From: Candidatus Hydrogenedentales bacterium
GTDB lineage: Bacteria; Hydrogenedentota; Hydrogenedentia; Hydrogenedentales; SLHB01
Direction of reading: 5' to 3'
NCBI GenBank assembly: GCA_050950105.1
Contig: JBMNGZ010000008.1
Location: 121,416 to 185,415, forward strand
DNA length: 64,000 bases
Every line of letters begins with the position of its first letter. The stretch's first letter is position 1. A program made the position numbers and the translations under genes. Below the pieces are notes generated by a model. That model had not been told where the DNA came from. It saw nothing but the letters and a program-made list of their open reading frames with translations, and did no database searches. Positions 59,737 through 64,000 of the stretch are shown here, piece by piece.

Positions 59737-60684
59737 ATGCACAAACGAATACGCGCCGTGGGGTTTACTTTGATCGAATTACTGGTGGTGATCGCCATCA
59801 TCGGTATATTGGCGGCTATTTTGCTGCCGGCGCTGGCTCGTGCCCGCGAAGCAGCGCGCCGGGCTTCTTGCGCCAACAACCTGAAACAGATCGGGCTGAT
59901 GCTCAAAATGTACTCCAACGAAGCGAGGGGAGAGAAATTTCCGCCCATGCTCCGGTATACCTCCTTGTCGGATCCGGATGATCCGACGACGTACGTATCA
60001 CAGTGCGGCCTGACAAATCCGCCGATGAGCCCCTTGCTGGGCGGCGATGCGGAATTTATCTTTGATGGCCCGTCCGTGTACCCCGAGTACCTGACCGATC
60101 CCAGCGTGGTCGTGTGTCCGTCGGATTCGTCGGCAGCGAGCGAGGTGGAGGCTGGCCGCTTCAACGTGGACGGCGACCCCAACGGCGTCCTCGATCCCTG
60201 CGCAATATCGGCCATTTCGTATATGTATGTGGCCTGGGCGCTCCAGGGGAAAGAAGACTACATGAATGTGGGGAGTGAAGAGAATGACAGCTACGGCTGG
60301 TCGGCTTTTGGCACGCCAGACACGGTATCAGCCGATTTCATCCTCGCGATCTTCAACGTCTTGACAGAATCCGCCGATGGAAATCCGGATATTTTTGAGC
60401 AGGACGTCACCTATGACAATGATTACGGCACCCGGACGCTCTACCGGCTTCGTGAGGGAGTGGAGCGGTTCTTCGTGACCGACATCAACAATCCCGCAGG
60501 CTCGGCACTGGCGCAGAGCCAGGTGCCCGTCATGTGGGACTTGCTCAGCACCGAAGTGTCGAAATTTAATCACGTCCCCGGTGGAAGCAACGTGCTGTAC
60601 ATGGACGGTCATGTCGAGTTCATGCGATTCCCCGGCGAATTTCCAGTTACCCGGGCCTTCGCGGGCGTGATCTCGGCCTTCTAG
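59737..60684 (+). CDS. DUF1559 prepilin-type N-terminal cleavage protein with H-X9-DG motif
   Basis: [43 protein letters not shown] and [19 protein letters not shown]. Confidence 0.93.
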   Translation: MHKRIRAVGFTLIELLVVIAIIGILAAILLPALARAREAARRASCANNLKQIGLMLKMYSNEARGEKFPPMLRYTSLSDPDDPTTYVSQCGLTNPPMSPLLGGDAEFIFDGPSVYPEYLTDPSVVVCPSDSSAASEVEAGRFNVDGDPNGVLDPCAISAISYMYVAWALQGKEDYMNVGSEENDSYGWSAFGTPDTVSADFILAIFNVLTESADGNPDIFEQDVTYDNDYGTRTLYRLREGVERFFVTDINNPAGSALAQSQVPVMWDLLSTEVSKFNHVPGGSNVLYMDGHVEFMRFPGEFPVTRAFAGVISAF

Positions 60685-60704
60685 AGTCCGAGAACGACGT
60701 TTAC

Positions 60705-60748
60705 AAAAGACCGGAAACGCTACCCCAAGAGCGTTTCCGGTCTTTTTT
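60705..60748. terminator. Bidirectional intrinsic terminator
   Basis: aaaagaccggaaacgct-loop-agcgtttccggtctttttt between convergent genes. Confidence 0.85.
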
Positions 60749-60776
60749 ATTCCGGCTCTCGAAAGGCAGGACCTTG

Positions 60777-61610
60777 CTATTCGTCGAATTTGAGAATTTC
60801 GACCTTACGGAACTCGACGGGATGGCTCTCGGACTGGAGCGAGATCGTGCCGCCCGTTAACAAAGAAGCCTGTCCTGCTTCAAGGAGTTTTTGAGCGTCT
60901 TTGTCGCCATCGTCGAGCTGCGGGTCAGTGTAGCTCAGGACAAGCTCTCCGTTGATGAAGTGTTTGATCGCATTGCCGCGCACCTCCACTTCGGCGGTGA
61001 CCCACTGATCGCCATGGAAGGTCTTTGAAGACGAGTTGATGCAATGCTTCGTTTCGAGTTTGCCGTCAATCACGATGTGCGTGCCCGGCGTGCACACGTT
61101 GCCGGTGCTGCGCTCGCCCGACCCGGAACCGCCCAGCAGCTGCACTTCGATGGACACCGGAAAACTCTGGTCTTTTCCCATGCTCTGAGGCGTTTGGCCA
61201 TGGATCATGATACCGCTGTTCCGGAAGGCCCAGCCGGCCCCGCCCTCGATCTGGTCTCCCACAAACCGGTATTCCACCCGCAGCCGGTAGTTCGAAAACG
61301 GTTCCTTGTAGAACAGGTGCCCGAACTGGTCGTCAAACGGACCGTATCCGTCGTAGCTCACCTTAAGAATGCCATCTTCCACACGGAAGGTGTTGGCGTA
61401 GTTGTCACCGCACTCGTGTTTGGCTATTTTCGGGATCCAGCCATCGAGGTTCTTGCCGTTAAACAGGCTGACCCATTTCTCTTTGGGCGCGGCTTCGTCT
61501 TCGGCCCGGGCCATCGGGGCGGTCGATGCCAGGCAGACCGCGCAGAGCAGCGCCAACCAGCCCAAGCCATTCCGGGCACAATGGCCATTGAACAATCGAG
61601 TCATTTTCAT
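60777..61610 (-). CDS. DUF1080 (3-keto-disaccharide hydrolase-like) secreted protein
   Basis: WVSLFNGKNLDGW, NSGIM, IEVQL, GTISLQSESHPVEFRKV. Confidence 0.88.
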   Translation of the reverse strand: MKMTRLFNGHCARNGLGWLALLCAVCLASTAPMARAEDEAAPKEKWVSLFNGKNLDGWIPKIAKHECGDNYANTFRVEDGILKVSYDGYGPFDDQFGHLFYKEPFSNYRLRVEYRFVGDQIEGGAGWAFRNSGIMIHGQTPQSMGKDQSFPVSIEVQLLGGSGSGERSTGNVCTPGTHIVIDGKLETKHCINSSSKTFHGDQWVTAEVEVRGNAIKHFINGELVLSYTDPQLDDGDKDAQKLLEAGQASLLTGGTISLQSESHPVEFRKVEILKFDE

Positions 61611-61733
61611 GGTACGTCCTCAGTTTGGTGTGTGTTCAAGCAACTCGTGTGAGTGTAGCGCGCCGGCAAAGATTTTTCGACCCGAACTAGCCTGGCGCGC
61701 AGCCCGGCCCCTTGAGACGGGCGCGTATACGGC

Positions 61734-62291
61734 TCAGACGAAGAAGGGATTGTACCGGCTTTCGATGGCTACCGTCGACGACGGGCCGTGGCCCGTGTGA
61801 ATTTCCGTGTCTGCGGGCAAGCGGAAGATGTGGCTCTGGATGGCCTCGGCCTGTTGACGGGCAAGCGCGGGAGACGCCGTGCCGCCCACCGAGCCGGCAA
61901 ACAACGCATCGCCGGTAAAGACCATGCCGGGAAACGCCAGGCTCAACGCATCGGGCGTGTGCCCTGGCGTGGCGAGCACCCGGCCTTCCAGGCTGCCAAC
62001 GCCGATTGTGTCGCCATGACCCACGACGGCCGCCTGGCAAGCTCCGGGATTTGCCGAGCCGGCGTAGACCTGCGCGCCATAGCGGTCCACGATCTCACGG
62101 AGACCACCCGTGTGATCATAATGGTCGTGGGTGATGAATACGCTTGTGAGCTTCAGGCGCTTCGTTTCGATAAACGCTGCGATGGCGGGCTCGAACGCGC
62201 CGGCATCGATTAACAGGGCGTCCCGGCTTTGGTCGCAGGCCAGAATGAAGGCGTTGCTCTCGTTGACGGATGTCAGAAAATGCTTAAACAT
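61734..62291 (-). CDS. Metallo-beta-lactamase-fold hydrolase (glyoxalase II-like)
   Basis: THDHYDH, TPGHT, FTGDALF, GHG. Confidence 0.9.
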   Translation of the reverse strand: MFKHFLTSVNESNAFILACDQSRDALLIDAGAFEPAIAAFIETKRLKLTSVFITHDHYDHTGGLREIVDRYGAQVYAGSANPGACQAAVVGHGDTIGVGSLEGRVLATPGHTPDALSLAFPGMVFTGDALFAGSVGGTASPALARQQAEAIQSHIFRLPADTEIHTGHGPSSTVAIESRYNPFFV

Positions 62292-62821
62292 TACCGGCGC
62301 ATCCCTGTTTGGGTGGCATTTTCGAAATTGGCCTGGCCTTCTGCCCCCGTGAAATCGGCGTTGGTCAGATTGGCCCGGCGGAAGATAGCCCGCTGTATCT
62401 GGGCGTTATGGAATGTCGCGCCCGCGAAATCGGCGTTTCCCGGCCGCGCATAATAAAGGTCCGCGCCGTCAAAGCAGGCCTCGACGCCGGACGCGCCTAC
62501 CAGGTTTGCACGCCGCAGAATCGCAGCCCTGAATACGGTGCGTGTCAGCGTTGCAGCGCCCAGCACCGCGAATTCGAAGTCAGCGCCGCTGCAATCGGCC
62601 TCTGAGAGATCGGCGCCGTCGAGAAAGGCCCCCCGCAGAATGGCGTTAGAGAGCTTGGCACGGCGGAGATTCGCGCCCGACAGGCGCGCATCCGTCAAAT
62701 CCACACCGGAGAGGTCCGCCCCTTCGAGCTGGACCCGCGGCAATCGGGCTCCCACGCCACGTCCCTGCCGCAAGGCGGCAATCAAGGCATCCGGTGAGTC
62801 TATAGGCAGCAGCTTGGTCAT
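62291..62821 (-). CDS. Pentapeptide repeat protein
   Basis: Repeated A(D/N)LxG pentapeptides. Confidence 0.9.
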   Translation of the reverse strand: MTKLLPIDSPDALIAALRQGRGVGARLPRVQLEGADLSGVDLTDARLSGANLRRAKLSNAILRGAFLDGADLSEADCSGADFEFAVLGAATLTRTVFRAAILRRANLVGASGVEACFDGADLYYARPGNADFAGATFHNAQIQRAIFRRANLTNADFTGAEGQANFENATQTGMRR

Positions 62822-63483
62822 CAGAAATCGTCCAGTCCGCCGAGTTTGCTCTCAATCCAGTCGCCATACACGGCGAGTTCTTTCATGGACGCCTTGATCT
62901 GCGATGGCGTTGCCGCCCGGGCGAGGAAGCAATTTGTCAGCACCATGCGTTCCTCCTCGCCGTCACGGGTGAGCGCCAGCGCGCCCAGCGAGATCTTCAT
63001 GTTGGCCCGCAGCGCCCATTCAAAGGCATCCGCGCGCGGTTTCCCGCAGACCGTAAACACGCGGATCAGCTTCGTGCCATCCCTGCGCACATGATGGTTC
63101 AAAAACACCGCCTGGTGCCGTCCGGACTTCAGGGTCACCTGCACCACGTAGCCTTTGCCGTGGGGGGCGACCACGCGTTCGCCGTCTTTGGCACAGGCGA
63201 TCGCCAACTCTTCCAGGGTGTATTGCTTGACGGGCGGCCGGGCCGGCACGCCGGCCAGCGCCGCACTGGCTTCGCCGAGCGCCTGGTCCACTGCACGCCG
63301 CACATCCACGTCCATTTCATCCGAATATTCGTGCAGGGCGTCCAGCGCAAAGCTCACGGCCTGGCCGAGCGCCTGGGCGGCATCGCGCCGCGCGACCCAG
63401 CCAGTCTGAGTATCCCGCAGTTGCTGGGCGAGTCTTTCAAGTTCTTCTGACACAGCCTCTTCCCTCCCCACTATGGAGGCCAT
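62821..63483 (-). CDS. HEAT-repeat + YbjN/CesT-like domain protein
   Basis: RRDAAQALG and DVRRAVDQALG, then GRHQAV, WALRANMKISLGALAL, GDWIESKLGGLDDF. Confidence 0.6.
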   Translation of the reverse strand: MASIVGREEAVSEELERLAQQLRDTQTGWVARRDAAQALGQAVSFALDALHEYSDEMDVDVRRAVDQALGEASAALAGVPARPPVKQYTLEELAIACAKDGERVVAPHGKGYVVQVTLKSGRHQAVFLNHHVRRDGTKLIRVFTVCGKPRADAFEWALRANMKISLGALALTRDGEEERMVLTNCFLARAATPSQIKASMKELAVYGDWIESKLGGLDDF

Positions 63484-63701
63484 TCTATCAGACCTTCCTC
63501 TGCTGCGCTACTGGTCTGCCGGAGCCCGGATTGGCCCAGCCGCGGTCGAGCTGCGGGCCCGGACCCGCCTTCGGCACGGGCCGGCACGGCTGATTTGACT
63601 GCGGAATGCCGTCCCATTCCCCGGTAAGCTCACTCCCGGACTGGCAGACAAAGCTGGCCGGTCGCGTTCAAAGATCTACCCGTACCCTGAGCCGTCGCGT
63701 T

Positions 63702-64000
63702 TCAGATGACAGCTCCGGCACTTGCCGGGGATTTAGGGGCCGCATCATTGCCAGACAATGATTCGATGAAATTTTCAAGTTGGAGCACTTCCGGCGCGCT
63801 GGGATCGACGGCTTTCGCGTCGTCGATGGCCTGCTGCAGGCTGGAGAGAATACTCTCGAGCGTCGCTCCGGCGAGCTGGCGCGGATGCTCGGCAACTACG
63901 GTCAACTGGCGAAGGTATACCTTGGCGCGCTCAATGTTACAGATGACCTCGAAATACGTGTCTGAAAATCGCGCGATCGGGCTGTGTTTTCCCTGGGCCA
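63702..64000 (-). CDS. Partial CDS (C-terminus; start outside the window), hypothetical
   Basis: Frame of ORF 63702..63905 stays open to the window edge. Confidence 0.55.
   Translation of the reverse strand, partial: AQGKHSPIARFSDTYFEVICNIERAKVYLRQLTVVAEHPRQLAGATLESILSSLQQAIDDAKAVDPSAPEVLQLENFIESLSGNDAAPKSPASAGAVI

Overview
GC-rich bacterial chromosome window. The DUF1559 prepilin/H-X9-DG gene and DUF1080 gene suggest a Hydrogenedentes/PVC-like host (inference). Positions ~1-36.4 kb are two tandem defence islands stacked at the 3' end of tRNA-Thr(CGT); a ~97-bp duplication containing the tRNA 3' half lies at 10620-10716 and 36358-36455. Island A (<1-10.4 kb) carries a giant PD-(D/E)xK + HerA-type ATPase gene split by an IS30-family element, a DUF4007 (SspB-like) gene and a 1426-aa P-loop ATPase (SspC/BrxC-like). 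Island B (10.7-36.4 kb, no integrase seen) carries a broken DUF3987 replication gene, a two-HsdM (NPPF + NPPY) type I R-M locus with YhcG and Fic cargo, and a type III-A CRISPR-Cas system. That system has cas10-csm2-5, a 13-repeat array, a cas1 stub, a CARF-HEPN nuclease and cas6. Most notable: the cas operon sits behind a near-consensus sigma-54 promoter with two palindromic enhancer-like sites, divergent from a CARF-domain sigma-54 activator, suggesting a nucleotide-signal-inducible CRISPR circuit. The rest (36.4-64 kb) is housekeeping: tRNA-Thr, tRNA-Phe, the menaquinone operon, ABC components, rhaA and a GH51 enzyme, plus an unusual Tat-signal, LamG-containing glycyl-radical-type enzyme. 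All family assignments come from motif reading, not database searches.
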